Positions 39,812 to 48,286 are shown, numbered from the stretch's first letter. The stretch is DNA of 64,000 bases from Candidatus Nanoarchaeia archaeon (GCA_050292425.1 JBNKLP010000003.1:7419-71418), one strand, 5' to 3'. Made by a program: numbers and translations. Notes: a model not told the origin generated them from the sequence alone.

Positions 39812-40588
39812 ATGGTGTCAATATATCCTCAAGAAATAGTATCTGCCGTTAATACTTATTCTCAGAGATATGATGTTGATTCTATATCTTTATATGAATA
39901 TCTTGATTCATTTCCTTTTTTTAACCAGAGTTATGATACTATTATTAATCAAGGTTATGATACGTTTGAATATTTTGGTTCTAGTCTTCTTGGTTCTCTG
40001 GAATTATATGCTAACACATTATCAAATTCAATTAATGATTCATTAACTGGAGCATATAATAGGAGACACCTTGATGATCATATTTCAAAAATTAATTATG
40101 AATTTGAAAGGTCCAAAAATAAAGAATCTTTTAATGCTGGAGTTATAATGTTGGATATAGATCATTTTAAATCATTTAATGATGAGTATGGTCATATAAG
40201 GGGAGACAATATTCTAATTTCATTAGTGCATAATGTAAAAAAAATTATAAGGCCAACTGACTTTTTGGCAAGATATGGAGGAGAAGAATTTACTTTGATT
40301 ACTAGAGAAAATTTTATAGGAACATTGTTTTTGGCAGAAAGAATTAGGGAGAAACTTGAAGGATTAACTATTCAAATTAAGAAGAATTCAAAAACTCATC
40401 CAATAACAATAAGTGCAGGAGTTGCTCATTGTTCAGGTTCTCAAGATACAATGAAAAATATCTTAGAGAATGCAGATAGGGCATTGTATATGGCTAAAGA
40501 AAGTGGAAGAAATGTTGTTTATGCTATGGATAAAGAAAAAACTAGAAGAGATATTAGGCCAGCAAATTATTATTTGAATGCGGCATAA
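39812..40588 (+). CDS. GGDEF-domain diguanylate cyclase
   Basis: SLTGAYNRRHL, MLDIDHFKSFNDEYGHIRGDNIL, RPTD (RxxD I-site) 5 residues before GGEEF, TISAGVA, ADRALYMAKESGRN. ~80-aa N-terminal region without TM or a known sensor. Confidence 0.9.
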   Translation: MVSIYPQEIVSAVNTYSQRYDVDSISLYEYLDSFPFFNQSYDTIINQGYDTFEYFGSSLLGSLELYANTLSNSINDSLTGAYNRRHLDDHISKINYEFERSKNKESFNAGVIMLDIDHFKSFNDEYGHIRGDNILISLVHNVKKIIRPTDFLARYGGEEFTLITRENFIGTLFLAERIREKLEGLTIQIKKNSKTHPITISAGVAHCSGSQDTMKNILENADRALYMAKESGRNVVYAMDKEKTRRDIRPANYYLNAA

Positions 40589-40658
40589 ACTTAAATTTTT
40601 ATTTTTCTTATATAAAATTATAGAAATCTTTATAATACTATTAAAATGCTTTTCTAAT

Positions 40659-41531
40659 ATGTTCAAAAAACTAGTCATAATATTGATTTTATTATTTAAT
40701 TTTTTGACTGTTTTTTCAATAGATGTATCATCTTGTCAAAATATTAATTCTGCAGGAAATTATGTATTAACTCAATCAATAAGTGTGTCAGGTTCTGATT
40801 GTATTTCTATTACTAGTAACAATGTTCATCTAAATTGTAATAATTTTAATATTTCAGGAGATAACAGTGATCCTTCGATTGGTATTAATGTTAATAGTGT
40901 AAATAATTCAATAATTGAAAATTGTCAAGTGTCAAACTTTGATACAGGAATATTATTTCAGTTTAGTAATAATCACTCTCTCTCAAATACTTTAGTTAAA
41001 GACAATTTATACTATGGGATTGAATTTATTGATGCAGATAATAGTAGTCTTAGTTCAGTAAATGTATATAATTCGACTTTCGGAGTTTTTTTAAATGGTT
41101 TTTGTGACTTTAATACTTTTACAAATATTAACTCTCATAATAATAGTGATTATGGATTTGTTATGTATACAGGAGGAATTAATAACACAATTTCCAACTC
41201 AGATTTTAGATATAATAATTTCTCAGTCTATTTAGAAAATTTATTTGGCAGTCCTCAAAATAATACAATAACTAGTTCCTATCTAGGAGATAATTCTTCA
41301 GTCGGAGGGTCTGCAATCGTCGGCAATTACTTTGCTGGTAACTATTATGATGACTGGAGTTCCAATCCTTATTGTTTAGATAATGCTCCTTCAGTTTGTG
41401 ATTCAACAGGGCAATCTTCAACTCCCACATCTTCTCCTTCAAATCAGCAAATTTCATCAATTTTTCCTTCAGTTGGAATTATGTCTATACTTTCTGCATT
41501 AGTGTTGGTATTGGGATATTTTTTAATTTAA
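40659..41531 (+). CDS. secreted right-handed parallel beta-helix repeat protein with C-terminal anchor
   Basis: Signal peptide MFKKLVIILILLFNFLTVFS. Repeated ~22-aa N/S/G-rich turns (NNSIIENCQVSNFDTGI, NHSLSNTLVKDNLYYGIEF, ..). S/T/P linker, IFPSVGIMSIL motif, TM. ATG 40659 preferred over track start 40578. Confidence 0.7.
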   Translation: MFKKLVIILILLFNFLTVFSIDVSSCQNINSAGNYVLTQSISVSGSDCISITSNNVHLNCNNFNISGDNSDPSIGINVNSVNNSIIENCQVSNFDTGILFQFSNNHSLSNTLVKDNLYYGIEFIDADNSSLSSVNVYNSTFGVFLNGFCDFNTFTNINSHNNSDYGFVMYTGGINNTISNSDFRYNNFSVYLENLFGSPQNNTITSSYLGDNSSVGGSAIVGNYFAGNYYDDWSSNPYCLDNAPSVCDSTGQSSTPTSSPSNQQISSIFPSVGIMSILSALVLVLGYFLI

Positions 41532-41538
41532 ATAATAA

Positions 41539-41850
41539 TTAATAACTGAACTCATAAAAGAAGGAGAGTCTATATTTTTAACTGATGAAAATGGGAATAA
41601 TATTGGTAGACTTAAAAGAAGAAATGTTTATATTGATGAATTTGGACATATAGGAAAAGAAAGTAAAAATGTTGAAGATGAATTTCTTTTGGATAATGAA
41701 CCAAACATAATAATAAACTTTGAAGAAGAAGTAGAGAAGATTCTTAATATGAGTGTAGTTGAAAGACAAAAGAAGAATATCTCAAGACAAAAGTATAGAT
41801 ACTGGAAAAAAAAGGCAGAGAAAGGAAAATTAGTTAAGATTAATTATTAA
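41539..41850 (+). pseudogene. start-less 103-codon open frame (possible gene remnant)
   Basis: Hand-verified open frame from the stop at 41536-38 to TAA 41848-50. No ATG/GTG/TTG before codon 51 (TTG 41689) and first ATG at codon 71. Protein-like sequence (..NVYIDEFGHIGKESKNVEDEFLLDNEP..). Confidence 0.3.
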
Positions 41851-42928
41851 ATCTCTTCTCAATATAATCCATCATTTTGGTTCCAACTAATTGAACACTT
41901 TCTTTATTTATTCTTACATAAAACATTTCATCATTTCCTTTCTTAAGCAAAATTGGATTTTTAGATGGACGGATTTTAATCATACAAATTTCTTTTTTAG
42001 AAATAAATTTTTCTTCTATATCTAAATATTGATGGACATCTTTATTTGTATAGTTATCTATAGCTCTATTTAAAGTCCTTGTATAGACATCAAAATTAGG
42101 ATTTGAGAATGTAGAATAATCTTTTTCTAAACCTATTATTTCAGTCTTATTGTCTTTTTCTTTTATTCCAATAAAAAGAGTTCCACCTGTATGAGAATTT
42201 AAAAATGCAACGATAGCTTTAACTACATCAAATTCAAGTGACCTATCTTTTTTAGAATCATTAATAGAGTATCTCAATGTAGATTTAAACTCAACATAAT
42301 GAGATTCTCCTTTGTCTATTATTTCTTTTATCTTCAAGCTTTCTTTTAAATCATTTATATTAGAATTCTCTTCTTGCAGTTTTAATTCTAATTCTTCTTT
42401 TATTCTTTTGTTTTTAGCTACTTCAATTTCACTCTCTTCTATTTGTTTCTTAGTTCTTTTTTTATTCTCTTCAGCTTTTAATAATTCTCTTTCGTCAGAA
42501 GGCAGATTTATCCAATTATTTACAATAACAAAAATAATCAATATTAATGAAAATGGGAATATAATATAAATAGCTACAAAATGTCTCCAACTATTACTAG
42601 GTTTGTCGCTTAATTCTATAGAATAGAATAACGATTGGTTGATATTTTTTACAATCAGATCATAATTACCAACAGTCTTAACATATTTTTGACATTGAAT
42701 TAGTTTATCTCTTTCAACACAATTTTGAAATGACAATCTATTAGTATAGTTTAAAAAACCTTGAGAATTATTTTTCATAGAAGTTAAAGATTTTAATGCA
42801 AACTCATTCTGGTTCTCTTGCCATTTTTCATTTTCTGAAAGCAAATAACTACTTAAAAAAAAGCTAATAGTAAGAATCAACATAATCCAGAGAGTACATT
42901 TTCTTAGTAAGTAAAGTAATAAATTCAT
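41840..42928 (-). CDS. 2-TM membrane protein with cytoplasmic coiled coil and Schlafen/AlbA_2 domain
   Basis: TM1 LWIMLILTISFFLSSYLL, ~100-aa external loop, TM2 VAIYIIFPFSLILIIFVIV, coiled coil, then the AlbA_2 pattern ESHYVEFKSTL..VVKAIVAFLNSHTGGTLFIGIKE..IIGL..YVRINKESVQL. Confidence 0.75.
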   Translation of the reverse strand: MNLLLYLLRKCTLWIMLILTISFFLSSYLLSENEKWQENQNEFALKSLTSMKNNSQGFLNYTNRLSFQNCVERDKLIQCQKYVKTVGNYDLIVKNINQSLFYSIELSDKPSNSWRHFVAIYIIFPFSLILIIFVIVNNWINLPSDERELLKAEENKKRTKKQIEESEIEVAKNKRIKEELELKLQEENSNINDLKESLKIKEIIDKGESHYVEFKSTLRYSINDSKKDRSLEFDVVKAIVAFLNSHTGGTLFIGIKEKDNKTEIIGLEKDYSTFSNPNFDVYTRTLNRAIDNYTNKDVHQYLDIEEKFISKKEICMIKIRPSKNPILLKKGNDEMFYVRINKESVQLVGTKMMDYIEKRFNN

Positions 42929-42931
42929 TTT

Positions 42932-43678
42932 TTATCTAAATCTATATGGCTCAATTGTATAATTATCATATCTCTCTGCTCCTACTTTCTTAGTTCCTAT
43001 GATATAATATTGGTAATCTTTATTGTCCAAATATAGAAAATGATAGTACTCTTTTTCATAATTATTATCTAATTTCTCAATTTTATCTGGATTAGAATTT
43101 CTAACTATATAGGATTTAAAGTCTTGAACTGTAGGATCTGGAGGTAGACCTTCTCCTCGAGAGATAATCTCATCTCTAATTTCATCTAATATAACTTCAT
43201 CAGCTAAATTATTTATATCGTCCATTATTTTTTTTAGTTCTGTTTTATTATCTTCTAACATAATATTTATTCTAGAAACTTCACTGGAAAGATTTTCTAA
43301 TTCTAGGGATTTATTTTCTATCTTTTGTAGAATTCTATAATATTCATTCTGTGATTCATTTAGAGATTTTTCATAACTCGAGCATTCAAAAATTAAATTA
43401 TTATCTAAATCTTCATATACAAATCCTTGCAAATTAGCAATATCTCCTATTTTTAAATTGTATTTTGAACATTTATCTAGTCTAAATTGTTTATTTGAAC
43501 CATCAAAAACATATAAATTATGATTATCTTCTTCATAAATACTAACTCTACCCTTTAGGAAAATATCTTTATTCATATCCTCTAAGTTAAAGGTGTCTAA
43601 GTTTTCAACTCCTTTTTGAGTACATCCTGAAAATATTAATGTTAGAATCAAAAAGCAACTCAAGATTATTTTTTTCAT
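42932..43678 (-). CDS. coiled-coil lipoprotein
   Basis: Lipobox LIFSG|C, beta-rich N-domain, central coiled coil, Tyr-rich C-domain. Lies 3 nt upstream of the AlbA_2 gene. Confidence 0.6.
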   Translation of the reverse strand: MKKIILSCFLILTLIFSGCTQKGVENLDTFNLEDMNKDIFLKGRVSIYEEDNHNLYVFDGSNKQFRLDKCSKYNLKIGDIANLQGFVYEDLDNNLIFECSSYEKSLNESQNEYYRILQKIENKSLELENLSSEVSRINIMLEDNKTELKKIMDDINNLADEVILDEIRDEIISRGEGLPPDPTVQDFKSYIVRNSNPDKIEKLDNNYEKEYYHFLYLDNKDYQYYIIGTKKVGAERYDNYTIEPYRFR

Positions 43679-43764
43679 AAAATAACAATTACTTAGAAAT
43701 ATATATAACTTTGTTTATAAAGCGTAAAAAAATCAGGTAACATTATATATACCCTAGAAAAACG

Positions 43765-43837
43765 TGCGAACCCCCGGACTTGAACCGGGGACACCTAGAT
43801 CTTCAGTCTAGTGCTCTACCAACTGAGCTAGGTTCGC
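43765..43837 (-). tRNA. tRNA-Phe (GAA), 73 nt, no encoded CCA
   Basis: Hand-folded cloverleaf: acceptor GCGAACC/GGTTCGC, D arm GCTC/GAGC, anticodon arm CTAGA-CTGAAGA-TCTAG, T arm CCCGG-TTCAAGT-CCGGG, discriminator A. Confidence 0.95.
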
Positions 43838-43870
43838 ATTAAACAAGTAAAAAAAACTAAAGAACATCGC

Positions 43871-43878
43871 TTTATAAA
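43871..43878 (-). promoter_or_regulatory. TATA box TTTATAAA for tRNA-Phe
   Basis: Exact box, 34 nt upstream of the mature tRNA 5' end (43837). Confidence 0.5.
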
Positions 43879-43986
43879 ACTTCTCCTCAAAACATTATTT
43901 CTTCTTAGTTTGTCCCAAAACAAAATACAAATCTTTTTAAAGAATTAACTCCCTATTTCTGTTATTATATAGAATTATGGTCAAAA

Positions 43987-45087
43987 ATGGACAGCATTAT
44001 TAAAAACGCAGTTTCTAACGCAGGTATGGAAAAGCCACCTGTTCAAAGTAAAGATGATGAAGATCTACTGGAAGTTCTAAAGCAGCACCAGGCAAGAATC
44101 AAGGTTGTTGGTATTGGTGGTGGAGGAAACAACACACTTGACAGAATTTCAGAAATTGGTGTTGAAGGTGCAAGAACTATTGCTGTTAACACAGATGCTC
44201 AAGACTTGATTGAGACAAAAGCTGATAGAAAAATCCTTATTGGAAAAGAGCTTACAAAAGGACTTGGAGCTGGAGCAGTTCCAAAAGTAGGAGAAGAATC
44301 AGCAAAAGAATCAGAAGGAGACTTGAAAGAAGCTCTAAAAGATTCAGATATGATCTTCATCACATCGGGAATGGGAGGAGGAACTGGAACAGGTGCTGCG
44401 CCAGTTGTTGCTGAGCTTGCTAAAAAATCCGGAGCTTTGGTTGTTGGTGTTGTTACTGTACCATTTGCTATGGAAGGTTCAAGAAGATATGAAAATGCAA
44501 TGATCGGTCTTGAGAAGATGGAAAGATTTGTAGATACTCTTATTGTAATTCCAAATGAAAAGCTTCTTGAAATTGCTCCAAATCTGCCTTTGCATACTGC
44601 GTTCAAATTGGCTGATGAAGTATTGACTAATGCTGTTAAAGGAATCACTGAACTTGTAACTAAAAATGGGCTTATCAATCTTGACTTTGCAGATATTAAA
44701 TCTGTAATGACTGATGCTGGTATGGCTATGATTGGTCTTGGAGAATCAGACTCAGAAAACAGGGCAGAAGAGTCAGTAGAAAGGGCCCTTAACAATCCTT
44801 TACTTAACGTTGATCTAAAGAATGCTCAGGGTGCTTTGGTTAATGTAACAGGTGGTCCTGATATGACACTAGAAGATGCAAGAAAAATCGTTGCAAAAGT
44901 ATCTGAAACACTTGATGAAGATGCAAAGATTATCTGGGGAGCTCAGATTATGGAAGATCTAAACAAAGTAATTAAGACAATGGTTGTAATTACAGGTGTT
45001 AAATCAGAACAAATCAGAGGAAAAAAGAGAATTGAGCAGGCAAACGAAAATCTTGATGAAGAACTTGGACTAGAATTCATCAAATAA
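43987..45087 (+). CDS. ftsZ: cell division GTPase FtsZ (paralog B)
   Basis: [29 protein letters not shown]. Sits upstream of secE-spt5, the classical euryarchaeal synteny. Confidence 0.95.
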   Translation: MDSIIKNAVSNAGMEKPPVQSKDDEDLLEVLKQHQARIKVVGIGGGGNNTLDRISEIGVEGARTIAVNTDAQDLIETKADRKILIGKELTKGLGAGAVPKVGEESAKESEGDLKEALKDSDMIFITSGMGGGTGTGAAPVVAELAKKSGALVVGVVTVPFAMEGSRRYENAMIGLEKMERFVDTLIVIPNEKLLEIAPNLPLHTAFKLADEVLTNAVKGITELVTKNGLINLDFADIKSVMTDAGMAMIGLGESDSENRAEESVERALNNPLLNVDLKNAQGALVNVTGGPDMTLEDARKIVAKVSETLDEDAKIIWGAQIMEDLNKVIKTMVVITGVKSEQIRGKKRIEQANENLDEELGLEFIK

Positions 45088-45157
45088 AATTATTTTTAAA
45101 TTACTTCTTCAAAACCACAAACCTTTAAAAAGGAAATGTACTTCTAATTAATATACT

Positions 45158-45334
45158 ATGGCAGGAAAAACAGTTTCTGATATGAAAAGAGTTTGGAAAG
45201 TAACCAAGAAGCCATCAAAAAAAGACTATATGCTAACTGTTAAAGTGGTTTTAATTGGTTTTCTAATAATTGGCCTTATTGGTTTCATTGTTGAAATTCT
45301 TAGTCAATTGCTAATCAAGAGGTTATTTGCATAA
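45158..45334 (+). CDS. secE: preprotein translocase SecE / Sec61-gamma (58 aa; not in ORF track)
   Basis: MKRVWKVTKKPSKKDYMLTVKVVLIGFLIIGLIGFIVEIL: basic N-terminus plus a single TM. Lies immediately upstream of spt5. Confidence 0.85.
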   Translation: MAGKTVSDMKRVWKVTKKPSKKDYMLTVKVVLIGFLIIGLIGFIVEILSQLLIKRLFA

Positions 45335-45336
45335 AA

Positions 45337-45828
45337 ATGAGTGAAGAAATTAAGTCTGTTGGTCATGAATTCTTTATTGTAAGAACAGCGCCAGGAAGAG
45401 AAGACAAATTCATGGAAGGAGTTGAGAAAATGCTCTCAAAAAAAGAGGATCATGGAGTTTATGCTGTATTCAGGCCAGAAACTGTTAAGGGATATGCATT
45501 TGTTGAAGGAGAATCATTAACAAAGGTAGTTGATGCATTCAGAGTTGTTCCAAATTCAAAAGGTGTAATCAGAAAGTCAATCAATTTTGACGAACTTGCC
45601 AAATATTTCGAGAAAGGAGGAGAACAGGTTATTGTTCATGAGAGAGACATTGTTGAAATCATAGCAGGACCTTTCAAGGGAGATAAGGCAAAAGTTATCA
45701 GGGTTGTTCCAGGTAAAGATGAAGTGATTGTTGAGCCTCTAAACATGAGTGTTCCAATCCCAATTACAATGAGTGTTGATGATATTAGAGTACTAGATGC
45801 AAGTAATGAGGAAAACCAAAATGAGTAA
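45337..45828 (+). CDS. spt5: transcription elongation factor Spt5 (NusG)
   Basis: NGN domain (FFIVRTAPGRE..GYAFVEG) and KOW motif (GPFKGDKAKVIRV). Confidence 0.9.
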   Translation: MSEEIKSVGHEFFIVRTAPGREDKFMEGVEKMLSKKEDHGVYAVFRPETVKGYAFVEGESLTKVVDAFRVVPNSKGVIRKSINFDELAKYFEKGGEQVIVHERDIVEIIAGPFKGDKAKVIRVVPGKDEVIVEPLNMSVPIPITMSVDDIRVLDASNEENQNE

Positions 45829-46015
45829 ACAGACAAAAAAACTAAACAAATTCGAATTGACGAGATTGCTTTCAGCAAGAGCTCTTGAACTTGAAAAAGG
45901 AGCAAAAGCAAAAGTAAAGTTGGACAAGAAAGGTCCTCTTTTAACTCAGGATTACGTGAAAATTGCTCAAAAAGAGTATGAAGAAGGAAAACTCGACCTT
46001 GAGATTTATCAATAA
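45821..46015 (+). CDS. rpoK: DNA-directed RNA polymerase subunit K (Rpo6)
   Basis: LNKFELTRLLSARALELEKGA and IAQKEYEEGKLDLEI parallel the archaeal RpoK pattern TRFEKARIIGARALQIAMGA .. EFEKGVIPI. ATG 45821 overlaps the spt5 stop by 8 nt. Confidence 0.8.
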   Translation: MSKQTKKLNKFELTRLLSARALELEKGAKAKVKLDKKGPLLTQDYVKIAQKEYEEGKLDLEIYQ

Positions 46016-46056
46016 ATTCTAAACATTTATATATTCTTTACCTTATTTTATTAAAT

Positions 46057-47076
46057 ATGCAGATAATTTCCAAAGACAAATTATTATATGAACTAATGCC
46101 TGAAAGCCTTGAAGATTTATGGGTTCTATCTCAATTTATATCTCCAAATGATAAAATCTTAGCAACAACTCAAAGAAAAGTTAAAATTGGAAATGATTCT
46201 ACTAAACAAATTACAAAACTAATATTCATTGAACTTGAAGTAATTAAAACATCTTTTGAGAGTGATATTCTTAGGGTTTCAGGGACTATCCAAAATGAAA
46301 CAGAATTTACAGCAGTTGGTCAATCTCACTCATTAAACTTCAATGTGAATGACAAAATCAAGATTCAAAAAGCAAATCTTCTAAATTTTGAACAAAAACT
46401 CTTAGACAGAGCAGTAAAAACAAAAAAATCAATGTCTCTATTAATTCTTCTTGACAAATCAGAACTAATTGCCTCACAATTTGGAGACTTTTCATATCAG
46501 GTCTTCTTTGAAAAAAAGGGACTTGGTTCCAAAAAACAGTATCATGAAGAGATAAATGAAAACGAAGAAAAACTAAAGTTAATCGAAGATTTGCTAAAAA
46601 AAGACTATTCTCACATTATCTTTGCAGGTCCAGGCAGTTGGAAAGACTCTTTAAAGAAGTATATTGAAGACAAAACTGGCCTTAAGACTCTTAGTTTATC
46701 CTTTCCGGAAATCTCTGCTCAAGGGGTTCAGAAAGCAATTAAGCAGATTCACGAATCTGGTATTTTAAAAGAATCTTCCTTGGGAGATGAAAGCACAGCA
46801 GTATCAAACTTACTTGAGAATATAAACAAAAATAAAAAACATATTTATGGTTACAAAAACACACAAACTGCAACAAATGAAGGTAAAGTTGAATTATTAC
46901 TAATCTCAACAAAATTCATTGACAAGCAAAAAGAAGATGAAAAATACACAGAGATTAATGAACTTATGAAAACTGTTGAGCAGCTAAATGGAAATTTAAT
47001 AATTGTAAACTCCAAAAACGAGCCAGGAAAAATTTTAGATGGCCTTGGAGGTATTGCAGGAATCTGCAGATACTAA
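46057..47076 (+). CDS. pelA: Pelota (Dom34) mRNA surveillance factor
   Basis: LMPESLEDLWVLSQFISPNDKILATTQRKV N-domain, and eRF1-like central and C-terminal domains ending GGIAGICRY. Confidence 0.9.
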   Translation: MQIISKDKLLYELMPESLEDLWVLSQFISPNDKILATTQRKVKIGNDSTKQITKLIFIELEVIKTSFESDILRVSGTIQNETEFTAVGQSHSLNFNVNDKIKIQKANLLNFEQKLLDRAVKTKKSMSLLILLDKSELIASQFGDFSYQVFFEKKGLGSKKQYHEEINENEEKLKLIEDLLKKDYSHIIFAGPGSWKDSLKKYIEDKTGLKTLSLSFPEISAQGVQKAIKQIHESGILKESSLGDESTAVSNLLENINKNKKHIYGYKNTQTATNEGKVELLLISTKFIDKQKEDEKYTEINELMKTVEQLNGNLIIVNSKNEPGKILDGLGGIAGICRY

Positions 47077-47189
47077 TCATCTGAACTTCATTCTAATATA
47101 ATCTGAATAAATCTCAATATTCTCAATTAAGTTAAGTATTAAATTTCTAAGAATCATCTTAATAATTTATATTATAAAAATAGAAAAAT

Positions 47190-47456
47190 TTATTCGAAAA
47201 TCATTTCGTTTAGGATCTTTTCCTTAAGAGCTGAGTGTGACATATATCCACCATATGCTCTTGAAACTGTCTTTTTGGACTTTGCCAAATTCTTGAACTT
47301 CCTATCAGTCATTCTAGGAATTCCTCTAAGTGGTTTACCTGTAACAGCACACTTAGCAACCTGTCTTTGTCTTTGTCTGTAATGAGTAACTGTACCCTTT
47401 ACAGTTTTAACCTGAACTCTTTTCAAAGTTCTACTCTTTAATCTACCAGATACCAT
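47190..47456 (-). CDS. rpl34e: ribosomal protein eL34
   Basis: RLKSRTLKRVQVKTVKGTVTHYRQRQRQVAKCAVTGKPLRGIPR. Confidence 0.92.
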   Translation of the reverse strand: MVSGRLKSRTLKRVQVKTVKGTVTHYRQRQRQVAKCAVTGKPLRGIPRMTDRKFKNLAKSKKTVSRAYGGYMSHSALKEKILNEMIFE

Positions 47457-47477
47457 ACTAAAAAGAATGATAAAGGG

Positions 47478-47485
47478 TTTATAAA
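47478..47485 (-). promoter_or_regulatory. TATA box TTTATAAA for rpl34e
   Basis: Exact box, 22 nt from ATG 47456. Confidence 0.6.
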
Positions 47486-47565
47486 GCTTTTTGGATAAAA
47501 TCTCTTATCTTAGTAAGCTTTTTAAAGAAACCTAAATAAACTTATATATCCGTTATTCTAATATT

Positions 47566-47646
47566 GTGGGGATAGCGAAGTGGTCAAACGCGACCGACTC
47601 AAGATCGGTTCCTTTTGGTTCGAGGGTTCGAGTCCCTTTCCTCACA
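47566..47646 (+). tRNA. tRNA-Leu (CAA), class II, 81 nt
   Basis: Acceptor GTGGGGA/TCCTCAC (one G-U), anticodon arm ACCGA-CTCAAGA-TCGGT, 12-nt variable region, T arm GAGGG-TTCGAGT-CCCTT, discriminator A. TTATATAT about 17 nt upstream. Confidence 0.85.
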
Positions 47647-47670
47647 TCCTAAAAATAAGTTTTATGAAGT

Positions 47671-48111
47671 CTATGCATACTTACTTTCAGGTTCTTCTTC
47701 TAAATAATTTAAATAATTTTTGATATTCCCTAAATGATTAAGAATCAATCTATCTGCACTATCAATATTTTTAGGGATTTCTATCCAATAATTTGCATAT
47801 ATGGAAGTTACAACCTTTTCATTATTTAGTCTTAATATTCTGCTAGGAGGAATTATCGAATCTATGAAATTTGGTAATTGTCTGTTTTTTAGTTTGGAAT
47901 TTAAATATTCAAACAATGAATCTTTATAAATTCCTTCTTCTCCAATCATAAAAAACATTGGTTCATTTCCATCTTCTAATTCAGATTCAAGATTTGCTAG
48001 AACTTGATATGGAGAATAATATTTTCTTACATTTAAAGAATTAAGTACTTTTTGTGATTTTTCATCAAATTCTCTATTCCATCCAATTAATCCAACATCT
48101 GCTCTTTTCAT
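47671..48111 (-). CDS. hypothetical protein
   Basis: ATG 48111 (MKRADVGLIGW..) preferred over track TTG 48159, because TTTATAAA at 48140-48147 lies inside the extension. No family recognised. Confidence 0.5.
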   Translation of the reverse strand: MKRADVGLIGWNREFDEKSQKVLNSLNVRKYYSPYQVLANLESELEDGNEPMFFMIGEEGIYKDSLFEYLNSKLKNRQLPNFIDSIIPPSRILRLNNEKVVTSIYANYWIEIPKNIDSADRLILNHLGNIKNYLNYLEEEPESKYA

Positions 48112-48278
48112 TCTCTTTATTACTCTAAAGTAACAGTAATTTATAAATTTAAGTTTCAAAAATTCGTAATTTTTACAGATTTAATTCCATATTTGTCAAT
48201 TATTTACTTAAACAATACAATTTTGATTAAATATGATTTAAGATTTTCATAATTGCAAGCTATCAGTTTAACCTAATC

Positions 48279-48286
48279 TTTATAAA
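48279..48286 (+). promoter_or_regulatory. TATA box TTTATAAA for sppA
   Basis: Exact box, 22 nt from ATG 48308. Confidence 0.6.

Noticed and set aside
41578-41769. Track ORF of 63 aa on the minus strand.
   Set aside because: The sequence is an Ile/Phe/Tyr-rich low-complexity product of AT-rich DNA. The plus strand carries a much more protein-like, though start-less, open frame.
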